Below are positions 39,492-52,635 of a stretch of DNA of 64,000 nt, piece by piece. Made by a program: the position numbers and the translations under genes. Under the pieces are notes generated by a model, which saw only the letters and a list, made by a program, of their open reading frames with translations, had not been told where the DNA came from and searched no databases. This stretch comes from Lama guanicoe (Eukaryota). Within the stretch, counting starts at the first letter, position 1; every line of letters starts with the position of its first letter. The DNA is taken from assembly GCA_013239625.1 (NCBI GenBank), contig MU054001.1, forward strand, positions 6,559,078 to 6,623,077, read 5' to 3'.

Positions 39492-39723
39492 TACCAAAAG
39501 GGAAAGGGAGCAGGGGAGGAATGAATTAGGAGTAGGGATCAACAGATACAAATTACTATACATAAAATAGATAAGCAACAAGGATTTACTATACAGCAAG
39601 GAAATTATACTCAAATCTTGTAATAACAAATAATGGAATATATGGGAAAAAAACTGAATCACTATGTTGTACTTTTAAAACTAACACAATATTGTAAATT
39701 AACCATATTTCAGTTTTTAAAAA
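39492..39723 (+). mobile_element. Older L1 3'UTR end fragment
   Basis: ttaccaaaagggaaagg...aacagatacaaattactatacataaaatagataagcaacaagg...aaactaacacaatattgtaaat, a typical laurasiatherian L1 3' end, diverged from the adjacent young copy. Confidence 0.8.
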
Positions 39724-40867
39724 TCTATCTAAAGAAAAATGCTTTCTTTTGTCTGTATACAAAATAGCAACATAAATAAAGAATTTTGGCAACTCTTTGA
39801 TGGAAGTAGTATGTTGTACATAGTGTAATATTCTTTCTGTGAAAAACGTAAAAGTTTTTCACAAGCTACATTAACAAGTTTGTTTTTATTATTTATGTGA
39901 CTGTCTCTCATGCATTTTATTCAATTAATAATGTCTTATGAGCAATTCCATTCTCATAGCAACCTGTTTTCTCATGGTCATTGAAGCACATGGACTTCTA
40001 AAGTTCTTAAATGTCAATCAGGTAATTTTAGCATCAATGAAATTAGTTATTTCTTGCCTGTCATCTTGGAAGAAAATCATTTGCAGCGCTTAATGAGGCT
40101 AGCTAAACATCTTTTTTAACTTTTCCCTACTTTATTGGGAAGAACAGTAGAATTTTTAATTCTGTGAAGTGTTCAAAGCATTTCTTGATCATTTTCTCAT
40201 CTCTTCTTAGGATAGCAGACATTGGTTTCTTTACATCCTATTTAATTAGCCTTGATTTCTAAAGAAAATAAATTATTGTATCAAGAATGTGAAGAATGTT
40301 CCAGAAATAGGGAACAATACACAAGTTGGAAATAAAATTCACCATTGTAACTAGGCTCTGCAAGTTGAGTTTCCCTTTACCAGAAAATAATGTGTTCTCT
40401 AAATCTAGTACAGGAGATAAAATATGTTGGAACTACTCATCAGTATTTTTTATTCTATTGTAATTACTATAGATGGATTTTATTTATTTTGATATTTATT
40501 GGTAAAATGTAAAATTCATTCCAGAAGAGAAAAGCAATGCTGTGTTCAACAGAAGTGTCATAATGAAACTATTCCAGGTGGGACCAAAAGTAGTAAAGAA
40601 AATTTTGCTTAAAATATTCATCCTCCTGTAATAGAGACATTACTATATCTTAGAAATACCCAATAAAATTAATGAACTATATAAATGCAACTATCAAATT
40701 ATTTTAAATGTTAAGGATTTTCTAATAGATTTTCTTTTGAATAGATAACACTGGTTATATATTTATGAAAATGTTCTCTAAGTAACTGCCATCTATGTAA
40801 GAATTTTATGTGTGTTTACTTTGTTGTAATAGATTTGCCTGAAGCTTCAAATGATTCACTTACTTTC

Positions 40868-41103
40868 TTTTTTTTTTTAATTGTACTTTTTTTTCAAATA
40901 AATGTCTTTATTTTATTTTTTATTTTTTAGGCCTCATTTACTTATTTATTTTAACTTTTTTTTATTGAGTTATAGTCATTTTACAATGTTGTGTCAAATT
41001 CCAGCGTAGAGCACAATTTTTCAGTTATACATGAACATATATTCATTGTCACATTTTTTTTTTTCGCTGTGAGCTACCACAAGATCTTGTAAATATTTCC
41101 CTG
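40868..41103 (-). mobile_element. 5'-truncated L1 3'-end insertion (236 nt) with a perfect 16-bp TSD
   Basis: TSD tgattcacttactttc at 40852-40867 and 41104-41119. The reverse complement aligns with 39301-39450 of the long L1, and poly-T lies at the left end. Confidence 0.92.
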
Positions 41104-41150
41104 TGATTCACTTACTTTCCAAGACTTAAACTATTTCTTTTTTATTGCAG

Positions 41151-41229
41151 CCCTTTGGAGTAAATCAGCCTGGACCTTACATCATGTATACAACTGTAGA
41201 TGCAAACGGATATCTGAAAAATGGTTCTG
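41151..41229 (+). CDS. ITFG1: ITFG1 internal coding exon (79 nt), PFGVNQPGPYIMYTTVDANGYLKNGS(A)
   Basis: Acceptor tttcttttttattgcAG and donor GTaaga at 41230; phase 0 to phase 1. Confidence 0.96.
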
Positions 41230-42146
41230 GTAAGACTAGACACAATGTCCATAATGCATAATAGCACCTTTAATCAATATATGGGCAAAGTAAACGATGA
41301 CAAAAACTATCATCATGTTTACACACCCTCTATAAAATCTTCACTGTTTGTATTGTTTATATTATTTACATTGTCTTTCTGTAGACTTAAATCAGTAGAT
41401 GACAAAAGGTCCTCATGACAAATATATTAACATTTATTCTTCATATATCTCTATATGGTGAAGACAAATCATTATCCTTATTTTTCAGCTGAAGTAACAG
41501 AGATTGGAAACAATCACTTGAGTTACCTTGATTAAAGTATGAAATGGTAAATTAGTTAACAAAGCTCATCTTAAAAGAAGTAAAAATTAAGAATCCAGTC
41601 TACACCTAGATTAATCCTGGTTTTTTCGTATGTTAAATGGAAACTGGAGTATTATACAGATTAATACTATATAAATTGTTGTAATGTATGATTATAAAGA
41701 AAATTTTGTTTTACCTTTGTATAAATGAAAGGAAATGCAATCAAGACAAAAAGGAAATAAGAAAGGTTGTCTACTCTTGACAGATGACTGGCTGATTGAG
41801 ATAAGATCCAAATCAGTGAATACAACTGTGAAAATTTCAATTCTCTGAAAAGGAACAGGAATCCTAACATATTAATATGCTTATTTGGACTCCTAGAGTC
41901 CTAGCCTTATTCAGTAAACAGAGTTACAATTACTCCTCATTTTTATATGGACCAAAAAAAGGGAAGAACTATTTTATGGCCGTTTTCATTCTATATGGTG
42001 GCCTAACGTAATATACTAGCATGAGTTTCCTTTTTAACTAATTGTACACATTTAATATTGTCAGTCATGCTACTGCTTCAGCACAGAAACATTCCATAAA
42101 ACAAAAACTGTTCAAAAAAAACTGTAGGAGAAATTGACAAACACAA

Positions 42147-42357
42147 CAGTTTACCCATGAACAGCATGGGGATTTAGGTGCACCAACCCTCTGCACTGTT
42201 GAGAATCTGCCTATAACTTAGAGTTGACCCTCATTCCTGCGTACCCTGCTATTCAACCAAGTGTGCTTCATGCAGTACTGTAGTATTGACTGTTGAGGAA
42301 AATCTGCATATTAGTAGACTTGTGCAGTTCAAATCTGTGTTGTTAAAGGGTCAACTG
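42147..42357. mobile_element. Tigger2-family MITE (MER8-like)
   Basis: Terminal inverted repeats cagtttacccatgaacagca / tgttgttaaagggtcaactg, followed by TA. Confidence 0.8.
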
Positions 42358-42911
42358 TATAGTCAAATATGTTAATATAACACTGTCAGTCAAAGAAATT
42401 TAAAATAAATAAGGATGTAGAGCATTTGAACAAATCACTTATTTACAGTTTAATTCAAATATAAAACTGTGTAAAAAAGATTCTAGGACCAGCTGATTTT
42501 ATCTTTTATCAGTTAATTCTTTTAGACGTTCAAGATGCAGATAACTTCAGTGCTAGATAAGATGTTTCAAAACACAGGAAAAAAAGATGAAGTTGACTTA
42601 TTTCATTTTTATGAAGCTAGTATAACTGAGGCAAAGCCAGCATACCCAAAACCAAAAACCTAGCTCACTGGTGAATTACTAGTCAAAAATGCTCTCTAAA
42701 ATACTAACAATTTAAATTCATCTGTATTTTGAAAGAATTGCTTACTTAAGACCATCAAGTAGGTGGTTATCTCAGGAATGCACTGATGGTTTAAAATGGA
42801 GTAATTTTCTTTGTTATTATAACAATAGATCAATTCTTTAAAGACCTGCCTTCCTCCTTTCTTTTAATAGAATGATAAATCCTTCCATGTCTGTTCACAT
42901 AGCTAGTCCTG

Positions 42912-43472
42912 ATTTTTTTTAATTGAAATATAGTTGATTTACAATGTTATATTAATTTCATGTATATAACATAGTGACTTGATATTTTTATAGATTATAC
43001 TCCATTTAAAATCTTTATAATACTATAATTATAAGGTTATATTCCTTGTGCTGTACATTATTTTTTTGCTTTTATTTATTTTATTTATTACTTATTGAAG
43101 TACAGTCAGTTTAAAGTGTTGTGTCAGTTTCTGGTATATACGTAATGTTTCAGTCATACATGTATATACATATATTTTTCACATTCTTTTTCATTATAGG
43201 TTACTACATATCTTATTTATTTTATACCTAGTAGTTTTTAATTCTTAATCCTCTTCCTCTATCTTGCCCCCTCCAGCCCCTCGTCTCTCTGAAAAGTGCT
43301 AGTTTGCTCTCTGAAAAGTGCTATACATCTGTTTCTGTTTTGTTGTATTCATTTGTTTATTTTTTAGATTCCATATATAAGTAAAAACACAATATTTGTC
43401 TTTGTCTGTCTTACTTCACTAAGCATGGTACCCTCAGGGTCTATCTATGTTGTAGCTAATAGCAAAATTTCT
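42912..43472 (-). mobile_element. L1 3' end with a second L1 3' stub nested at about 43070-43210
   Basis: ttttaattgaaatatagttgatttacaatg..., then tattgaagtacagtcagttt...cattataggttactaca, then ttttagattccatatataagt. Confidence 0.8.
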
Positions 43473-44914
43473 TCTTGTTAGTTCTAGTTTCTTTTGGGAT
43501 TATTTTGTATGTGGATACAATAACTGGATAATTCTCTGTTGTTTATTTTTCAATATAATATAACAATATAACAGTAAAGGTATATATATGATGTAACAAA
43601 GATATATATGATTCATGTGATATATTAAGTTAAGTGCAGTTAAGTGAATAATTCTCACTTCATAGAAAACACATCTGGAAGAATATTCATGAGATTGTTA
43701 ACATGTATCATATGGGAGCAAGATTTCAAGAGATTCACTTCCTAGTTGGTATACTTCTGGAACTATTTACAACTTTCAGTCCTTTTTATTTTTTGAAAAA
43801 GATAAATTTTACAGCAAACTGGAGCCTACCAAAAATATTACTCTTAAAATTACATCTAGAAAATATTTTTTAATCTGTAATTTCTGTTCATTTAAAACAT
43901 ATATATTTATTGAACCTATACTACAAACCAGGCAGTGGCACCTAATAAGATATCTTACTAGATTCTAAAACCCAATTAATAATATTCACTATTCATTGCT
44001 GATTTTTTAAGTGAGTGGAAGAATACCTCCTTAGCATGATTTCTTCTTAATCTACTCCAAAACAATAATGGAACATTGGGTTTATTCTGACTCAATTAAC
44101 CATTTACTTCTTCCCTGGATTGGGAAGGAATTTGTGAGCATAAAAGCAAAGAAGAAAATATCTTTAGAAAAGATAAATTGCAGTTGAATGTATAAATCAA
44201 GTGAATGCATAAATTTTCATGGCTTAAAATCATAAACAAAATAAAAAGCTGTAGCAAACGGAAAATCTAAATGTCCAACAATAGAGAAATAATAAATTAT
44301 GTCATTTTATAATAATTTCCAGACTATAAAATATTTTTTAATAATTTTTGATGAAATGAACAGGTATTTACGATATAACATTTGGGAAGGAAGCATATCT
44401 ATGTGCATAATCCAAATTGTGTGTGTGTGTCCACGTGTGTGTTTAAGTGTACTCATGTGTAGGAAAAATATAAAAACAAAATGACATGTTAAAAATGTTA
44501 CCAGGGTCGTCTCTTGGTTGTGGGATTTTCTTCTATATATTTTTTTTTTTTGCATTTTAGTAAGCTGATCATACATTGCTTTTAATTTGAGAAATATATT
44601 AATAATAAATAATAATAAATGTTTTTAAAAGATTTCAAGCATATGCTGTATTTCATGCATAAATATATGTTCTAAACATGGAAGTGGCACTTAATTTAAT
44701 TGATTTAGGTAGTACTCTTATGAAAACCTCCCCCAAATTTTAAAGAATGAAAATCCCTAATTTAAATGTTAATTAAGCATGTTGTCTAAAAAAAGTTACT
44801 TGATTAAGCCATACTTTCTAACCCATCCAGTCCCACTAGTAGGGAACTTTCCACTCTAGGAAGAGAACAACCACCTTTATGTACTTCAGAAGCTGCAGCC
44901 TTTGTTTTCTTACA

Positions 44915-45170
44915 GAGCAGCAAAGGGTCACTACTCATTAGTGAGTCATGAAATGAATTTAGTGGCTTCTGATAAGGGCTTTTTATTTAATAGAATAAAA
45001 GAGAACAATAGAAAATATCAGAGTATACCACAGATAGTAACATTTAGTATTATTTCATCAAAGTTTTATCACAGTTTTGTTTTCAGATTTGTGTATCTGT
45101 GTTCCTACTGTGATGACATAAAATGTAGTTTTTATTGTGGGCTGTGGTCAAAAATGTTTGAAAGCCACTG
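44915..45170. mobile_element. hAT-Charlie MITE relic (Charlie4/MER80-like)
   Basis: cattagtgagtcatgaaatgaatttagtgg ... gtggtcaaaaatgtttgaaagccactg. Confidence 0.55.
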
Positions 45171-48100
45171 CCAGAGACAATAACATGCCTTACTTAGTGT
45201 TATTCAAAAAAGGCCTAACATAATTATCCTTTTTTCTTGTAGTTAGACCTTATCATTGTTACCAATACTCTGTGGTCCTACTCTACTTCCTGGCAAAGCC
45301 TAAATAGTTAAATGTTATTAGATAACTACATTACAGAGGAGTCATTAATTTTCTAAATAACCATGCACTGCTCTTGTAAATGAGCCATAGATCCGTAATA
45401 AGGACCCAAATATTTGATAAGAACTTAGTAGATTGGAGCATGTAAGCCAAACTGTGTGGACTATTGTGTTGTTGGTCATTTCTGAATAATAACACTATTA
45501 GACCAAGAATTTTTTTTCTACCTCTTAAATTACTTATTTGTCTTTGCTATTATAAAATTATTTCCCTTTGGTCCTCTAAAGTTACTATTTGTTAACATAT
45601 CTAAGAAAAACAGAAGTAATCTTTCTCCACTATACACCCTTTATCATATGCCTCAAATACAAGAGCAGTTAAAATGTGTGGCAGACTGAGCATTAAGGGC
45701 AAAGAAGCTTTTGGGTTAAGGTATAACAGAATTCATGTTGATGGTGAACATTAGATTATTGAGGAAAATGATGTGACACATAAGCACATTGTCTTTCTAT
45801 AATTTTAACCTTTCAGGTTTCTCCATTTTAATCAGTAATTGGCAGTTACATCTTCTCGTGTCAAAAAGCATTGTATTCTTTATGTTCATTCCTCGCCTAC
45901 ATATTTTCTGAAATTATCTTTAAAGTATAGTCATGTTCCATTTATCCACATGTAATTATCCATAAAAGAATTTTTTTAGTCCTGAGTCATTTTATTTTAA
46001 TCACTCATCACATTTTAAATAGTCATACCCCAAAATTTTAGCTTGAGCAGTACTTAATCAGGCATATTTTTGTGTCAAAAATCATAATTCATAACAAAAG
46101 AGAATGGAAAGGGTTGTTATGCCCTGCTGGATTTCTTGCAAGAAGAATCATTCCCTTCCCTTAATCTCCCACCAACTAAAGATCTGACAGGAGTACCCAA
46201 TTCCACAGAGATAAAAATGAGGGGCTTGGCTAATAATGGTGATTTTTTTTTCACTGAAAAAAAGAGCGAAGGGGAGGGAGGGAAAATGTGGAATAGCTCT
46301 AAGCAGTACCAACATAGCCTCTTTATTTCATTGTAAATTGAATTAATTAATTGCAAGAAATACAGAAAGTCTGAGAAAGTATAAGGAAGTTTGCAAATTA
46401 TTCAGCTGTTCAGCAATTAGAAATCCCATCTGCACAGACGCAAATGAGTCAGAGTCATATTCTGGAAAAGCAAAAGAAAGAATTGTATTGCCAATAAAAA
46501 TAAAAGGTTTACTTCATGAAATTCTATTTACAAACTGAGTTCTAGTCTTCTATTGCAGTGAATAAAGATTCTAATACTGAAGGGAAAACTGCCACATACC
46601 AGCTTTCGGAACAGAAAGTGAGAAAAATAATATAATTTGTCTATTCTGTGGTCTTTGCTAGCAAATGTTTTGTCATCCCACAAGTTGTAAATTAGTCAAC
46701 AAACTCTGTCTAATGTACAAGTATATTTAGTATGAAGGAATTTGATTAGAATCTCCTTCATTACTCAGTAATGCCATTGATGTTTTCCTTCTCATCCCTA
46801 AGTCTAACTTAAGGACTTCACGGTTTTCAGTATCCGTGTTTTCCTCTAACTTCAGCTGTGCCCAGCACGAACGACAGAAAGCTGCTGAGTGCTGCAGCGA
46901 AGGTTGAAATTCACAAATAGATTATCTGTACAATGCCTGTAGAATAGGAAGCGCTCAGTACACATTGAACAGTGCGAGAATGAAATAAAATTCTTGAGAT
47001 GATTTTCTCTTGCATGCTTAAATAAAATATTGCCAATACAAGGAATTATTTACTATAAATTGAGTCTAAAATTGAAATAGAATAGTATTTGAAAAAAGCT
47101 AGATTTTGCATCTCCTTAATTGTCACCACTCCCTATCTTAAATTCATTAGAGATGCCGTATAAGGTGAAGTCAAATAAGTAAGCTTAAAGAAAAGATTGC
47201 TGGTTTAATTACAGATTATATTTTTAGCAACTTACTCATAAGTATTTCCTCTTTTAGATTAGCTCTATCCTGAAACAAATTCTAAATTTTTATTCTCTCA
47301 TGTGTGTCTTCCTGTACTGATCTGGACCTTCTAGACCACAAAGAAAACAAAACATGATACAGACCCATAATTAGATTGTGCCTGCTCAAATAATGCCTCC
47401 TAGCTCCCCACACTACTCCCACAAAGACAATTGTTTGAACAGTTTATCCTCAATAACACAAAAATTAGCTTCTAGAATGTTGAGATCTCTTAGAAATCTA
47501 GTTTTTTCCTAAAGCATAGCTCTTTTTATATCCCTAAGTGACTTCCTACTGCCTGAGAATCAAGCACTTCTGTAATTGAATCCTACATTACCTATCAGCC
47601 TTACAGCCTTTATCTTTTCTTATTCTCTTGATGCATCCCACACATGTCCAGCTTAGTTTCCAGTGTATCTAGCTATTTCCACTTTTAATGGAAGGAATGG
47701 AACAAAGATCAGTGCCTTTGTTTACCCTTTCAATCTCCACCTTTCCCCCATTCTTGTATCTCAGAACTTCCAAATATGACAATATTAGCACTGTTCCATC
47801 AGTCTTTCACTAACCCCACTCTCAAAACTGGAAATAAACTCTCTTTCCACCAAATGTCAATAGAACTTTACGTTTTTCCTCTCCATATAGCACCTACCAC
47901 ACTCTGCCTTGTATCAGCAGCTTTGTCTATAATACTGTAGGCTCATTGAGGATGCGTTCTATACCTAATTTTGTCTTTCTGTGCACTGCCCACTCTAGGA
48001 CACCCAAGTAGTTGTTGAATGAATGATTATATAAAATCAGTACTAAGATTTCCATTTCTTCAAAATAAGATTTAAGACAGAAAACTTGAGCTTAACCAAA

Positions 48101-49929
48101 CTAGATCATAGTGACAGTTCTTACCTGATTGTAAGCAGATGTTTAAACATCTAATATAAAAGTTGGAAATAGTTCGTAAAAACTAAATTAAAATTACTAG
48201 ATGTTTATTATAATTGTGAAGTCCCTGCCTTGTGCTGGCCACTATTCGAGACCCACTACATGTTATGTCACTGAATTTCACAGGGTCCTTACGTGGCAGC
48301 CCTCATAGTTAGTTAACTGAGGAAACTAAGGCTGTAAGAGCAAAAGAAATCTAGCTGTGTCATTCAGCTGTTAACTAGTCAAGCTGGATTTAAACTCAAG
48401 ACTGTCTAACTACAAAACTCACACAGTCTTAGCACTACTCTAGTATTTTTCAATGTCATCTTATAAAAGCTTGGAGTATTCTAAAAAGGAAGTCATCCTA
48501 ACAATCTTTGTTTCATTTCTGTTTAAACCATGATAACTCTGTAAAATGCAATGATGACTACAATTTAACAAACCCAAACTGTTGTTTTATGATGCTTCTG
48601 TTTCTGCTTCATTGCTTTAGGCTTATGATTTTTCTACTTCGTAATCTTTTTTTTTTTCATAACGATATCAGAAACAGCACTTAGGTAATGAATACATTCC
48701 TTGCTTTCTGGTAGGTTACTGATTCTACTTTATTTATTTAGTAGTTGAGTGATAGTAAAAGAGTCTACTAACCCAGTGATTCTGACACACTGATGTTTGT
48801 TCATGAAGGATATCATCATTATCTTTTGTGACCTAGGGCTTAAGGGCTACTCTTAAGTAATATTAATAGCCAACAGTGATTAGTACTTATTCTGATCAGG
48901 CACTGTGCAAAACATTTTACATGAATATCTTCATTTATAGTATTAGGTGTAAAATTTCCTGTCCACTTCCTTGACTTAATGAAGATAGATTTCCATTTTC
49001 CTAATATACATTCTGAGGAAGATAACAGATTCACCTTGAAGCAACTAATATTTGTAACATTCTTCATTTAAGACCAAAAAAGTTACATTTTCAACAATTA
49101 GGACTATAATTAAATACAGTCATTTTAGTCAAAGAACTTGACCATACTTACATTAAAATGGATGAATAGATTGTTCTATTCAGTGTATCATTTTGACTCC
49201 CTTAGTATATTTAAACCTTGTCCATGTAAACAAAACTACTTTTTAAAGATTTTTCAGTAATACACAGTACTGGCAGTTTTACTGTACAAAACAGAAATAA
49301 CAGTTATTGCTTATATCTGAAGGTTATGCTGATACAATTACTACATGGGCTGAACACTAAGAACCAAATAGTGCTCCTGCAAACGTTTATATGAAGCTAT
49401 TGTTACTCTTTTACATTAAACTAGTTAATAGGAAGCACCTATTCTTTAATCAATATATATTTTAGAATTTCTTTTAGTGGTATCTGAATGATTTAATAAA
49501 TGAGATGGAATGGGTGTTCATTATTGAGTTAAATTATCTCTTTCACCTAAGAAGATACCATTTAATACACTCAAGGAGCTTAGGGAAGGAGACATGAGTG
49601 GTCTGAAAGACTTCTTACCATTAAAAACAGAAAAGTTACTCCACAACATTGGCAAACTCAGACTTAGTTTTCAGATTAGAGATCTAAATATAAAGAACAA
49701 AAAGATTAAAAGCTTTTAATTAATTTTTTTAATATATAGCATTTCTTCACTGATAAAAGTCTATTGATATTCTTTAATGTTCTCCTAGCATTAATTCTTT
49801 TCATACTAAGCCTTGTGAATGAGTAGTTATCTGAAAGGCTGCTATGCAGTTGTAACTATTAAACGAACTGTAATAGGAAAGCACTAAGATACAGGTATTG
49901 CCTCAAGCAGAAACCTTACATCATTGGGG

Positions 49930-50465
49930 ATGCTCAACAACAACAACAAAAACAATTAGAAAATGGACATAGGACTTGAGTAGATATTTCTACAGAAAAG
50001 ATGTTCCAATGGCTAATAAATACATGAAAAGATGTTCAACATCACCAATCATCAGAGAAATGCAAATCAAAGCCACAACAAGACTCCACCTCACACTCGT
50101 TAGGATAGCTAGTATCCAAAAAGACAGAAAGTAACAAGTGTTGGTGAGGGTCTAAAGACATTGGAACCCTTGTGTGCTGTTGATGTGTGAAAGACTGTTT
50201 ACGTTCCCTCAAAACTCATATGATGAAATCCTAATGCCCAGTGTGATGGTATTAGGACTTGAGGCCTTTGGGAAATGAGTGGGTCGCGAGTGCAGAGCCC
50301 TCATGGATGGGATCAGTGCCCTAGAGAACTAATTAAAATGCAAGTTGCTGAGTTCCACCACCAAAGTTTCAATTCAGTGGGTCTGATGTGAGATCATAGA
50401 CTTTCATTTCTAGCAAGTTCCCAGAGGGTGATCCAGGAGTCCAGGGACCACATCTTGAGAACTAT
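49930..50465 (+). mobile_element. Composite: ancient L1 ORF2-end fragment, MLT1A-like LTR fragment and MER5-like fragment
   Basis: atcatcagagaaatgcaaatcaaagccaca (L1); gttccctcaaaactcatatgatgaaatcctaatgcccagtgtgatggtattagg (MLT1); tttctagcaagttcccag...gggaccacatcttgagaac (MER5). Confidence 0.7.
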
Positions 50466-51234
50466 CAATAAGATTTTTTATTGCTAAGAATAGTTTGAAT
50501 TATAAGTGTTATTTTTTTTTCTCGGTGTAAATTTTAATAGGTATTTAGGGACAGCTGACCTAAATAATCTATGATAACTCATTCAGTTTCTCCATATCCC
50601 AGCAACTGGACGTTTTTATTTTGAGTATAATGGCATTTAAGAAGACAATATAGGAAACAAATTTATGTTATTGTTACTAATGTCATCAACATTTTCTTAT
50701 TATCTCTTTAAAGGGATATAATTTTCCTAGGGGCCAACTATTATATATTACTTATTTCTAATTTGTAACCTCTACTGTGAAGAAATGTGCAAGTGAATAA
50801 TTAGCTTGGCCCCCCCGAGACTGAAGTCAACTTAAATTTTCTGACTTGTCAATGTGCAACTTTGAAGTAATTCAATGTGACATTCTAGGACACTGGTAAA
50901 TTTGAAGACTGATATTTTAGCTCAAAGTTACTCATCCTTTAACTATTTCAGGTAAATGTATAGAAAACATGAGAGGGTTTTATTGTTGATGCTGAATAAT
51001 TTTGTGTTTTCTTTATAAGACTTGATTCACTGTGGCAGAACCAATATTTTGTTTTCTTAAAGTTAAATCAGTAACAGTAGTCTGAGACTACTACCTATCC
51101 AAAATGTAATCTCTAAGCCCTATAAGAAGAAATTATACTACAGAGCTTATCATGTCTTGACTTACCCTAACTCAAAATTCTCAGTCAGTAGGACTGAAAA
51201 CAGAGAAAATAATGTTATCGTATATTTATTAAAA

Positions 51235-52635
51235 CTGGCCCCACACTTTCAAGGGTTTTACTTCCAGGAACTCCATTAGATTCTCAGCATGAAAAGCCAG
51301 GAAAGATCCCTTTATATGCCCAGAGTATTCTTGATAACAAAACCTCATTTCTAAGGAAAAAGACTTCATGGGGAATGGCACCAGCTCCTCTAGGCTTCCT
51401 GTCTTACCTAAGCATAGAGCGCATGGAAAGCTAAGAACCATTTCTGAAGCGCACAGCCCAGGGACACATGCCTACTGAAATCTGTTCACAGGATTATAGA
51501 ATTCTTCCCTCCCTCACTACCTCAGACACACAGTCTGAATTTTGAGACAAAGCCAACATCATAACCAGACTCAGATATGTCACAGATTTTGGAATATCAG
51601 ATAGGAAATTTACAATAGCTATGATTAACACGTTAAGGCTCCAATAGAAAAAGTGGACATCATCTTAGAACAGATGGATAATGTAGGCAGAGAGATGGAA
51701 ATTCTAGGAAAGAATCTAAAGGAAATGCTAACAATCAAAATGATTGTAACAGAATTGAAGAATGACTTTGATGGGCTCATCAGTGGAAGGGACATGGACA
51801 AGGAAAGAATCTTGAGCTTGAAGACACATCAACAGTAATTCCCTAAGCTGAAATGCAAAGACAGAAAAAAAAAAACGAAGAAGAAGAATTGGGAGAGGGG
51901 AGCACAACAGAACATCCAAGAATTGTGAGACAGTTTCATATATAATAGGAGTATCAGAGGAGAAGAAAGAACAGAGCAGAAGAAATACTTGAAGTGATAA
52001 TATCCAAGAGTTTCCAAAATTAATGACATACACCAAACCACAGATCCATGTGGGATAAACATTAAATCTGTACCTACACATATTATAATCAAACTGCAGA
52101 AAACCAAACACAAAGAGAAAATCTTGAAAATAAGCCAGAGGAAAAAACTCACCTGTATATAGCAGAATAAAGTTACAAATTGCAGCCAACTTCTTTGTCA
52201 GAAACCAATACGAGCAAGAAAGAGAATGAAATATTTAAAGTGTTGAAAGAAAAAGACACCAACATAGAATTCTGTACCCAGCAAAATTATCTTTTAAACA
52301 TGAAAGAGAAGTAAACTGTCAGGTCAAGAAAAACTGAGGGAAGTATTACCAGCAGATCTCCAAAAAAATATATTAAAAGAAGTTCTTCAGTGAAAAGGAC
52401 TCAGAAGCTCATATCTACATAAGAAAGGAATAAATATTCTTTAAGAGAAGAAATAAATGGAGATAAAATAAGATGTTTTATTTTTTAGTTAATCTAAAAA
52501 ATAACTTTTAGATTGCTTAAAGTACTAATAGTAACAGTGTAGTGGGTGATGAAGGCATATGAATAAGTGATATGAATGACAGCAGTGCCAGGAGTGCCAA
52601 GAGATAGGAGGGGGAAACTGGGAATACTCTGTTAT
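51235..52635 (+). mobile_element. Ancient L1M partial 5'UTR, decayed ORF1 and spacer
   Basis: ORF 51653-51838 TELKNDFDGLISGRDMDKERI; agaattctgtacccagcaaaattatc (RILYPAKL region). Confidence 0.8.

Noticed and set aside
43285..43323. 17-bp direct repeat ctctctgaaaagtgcta; similar short duplications at about 24414-24443 and 25116-25165
   Set aside because: Two-copy local slippage duplications with no array structure; not CRISPR-like and no sign of function.
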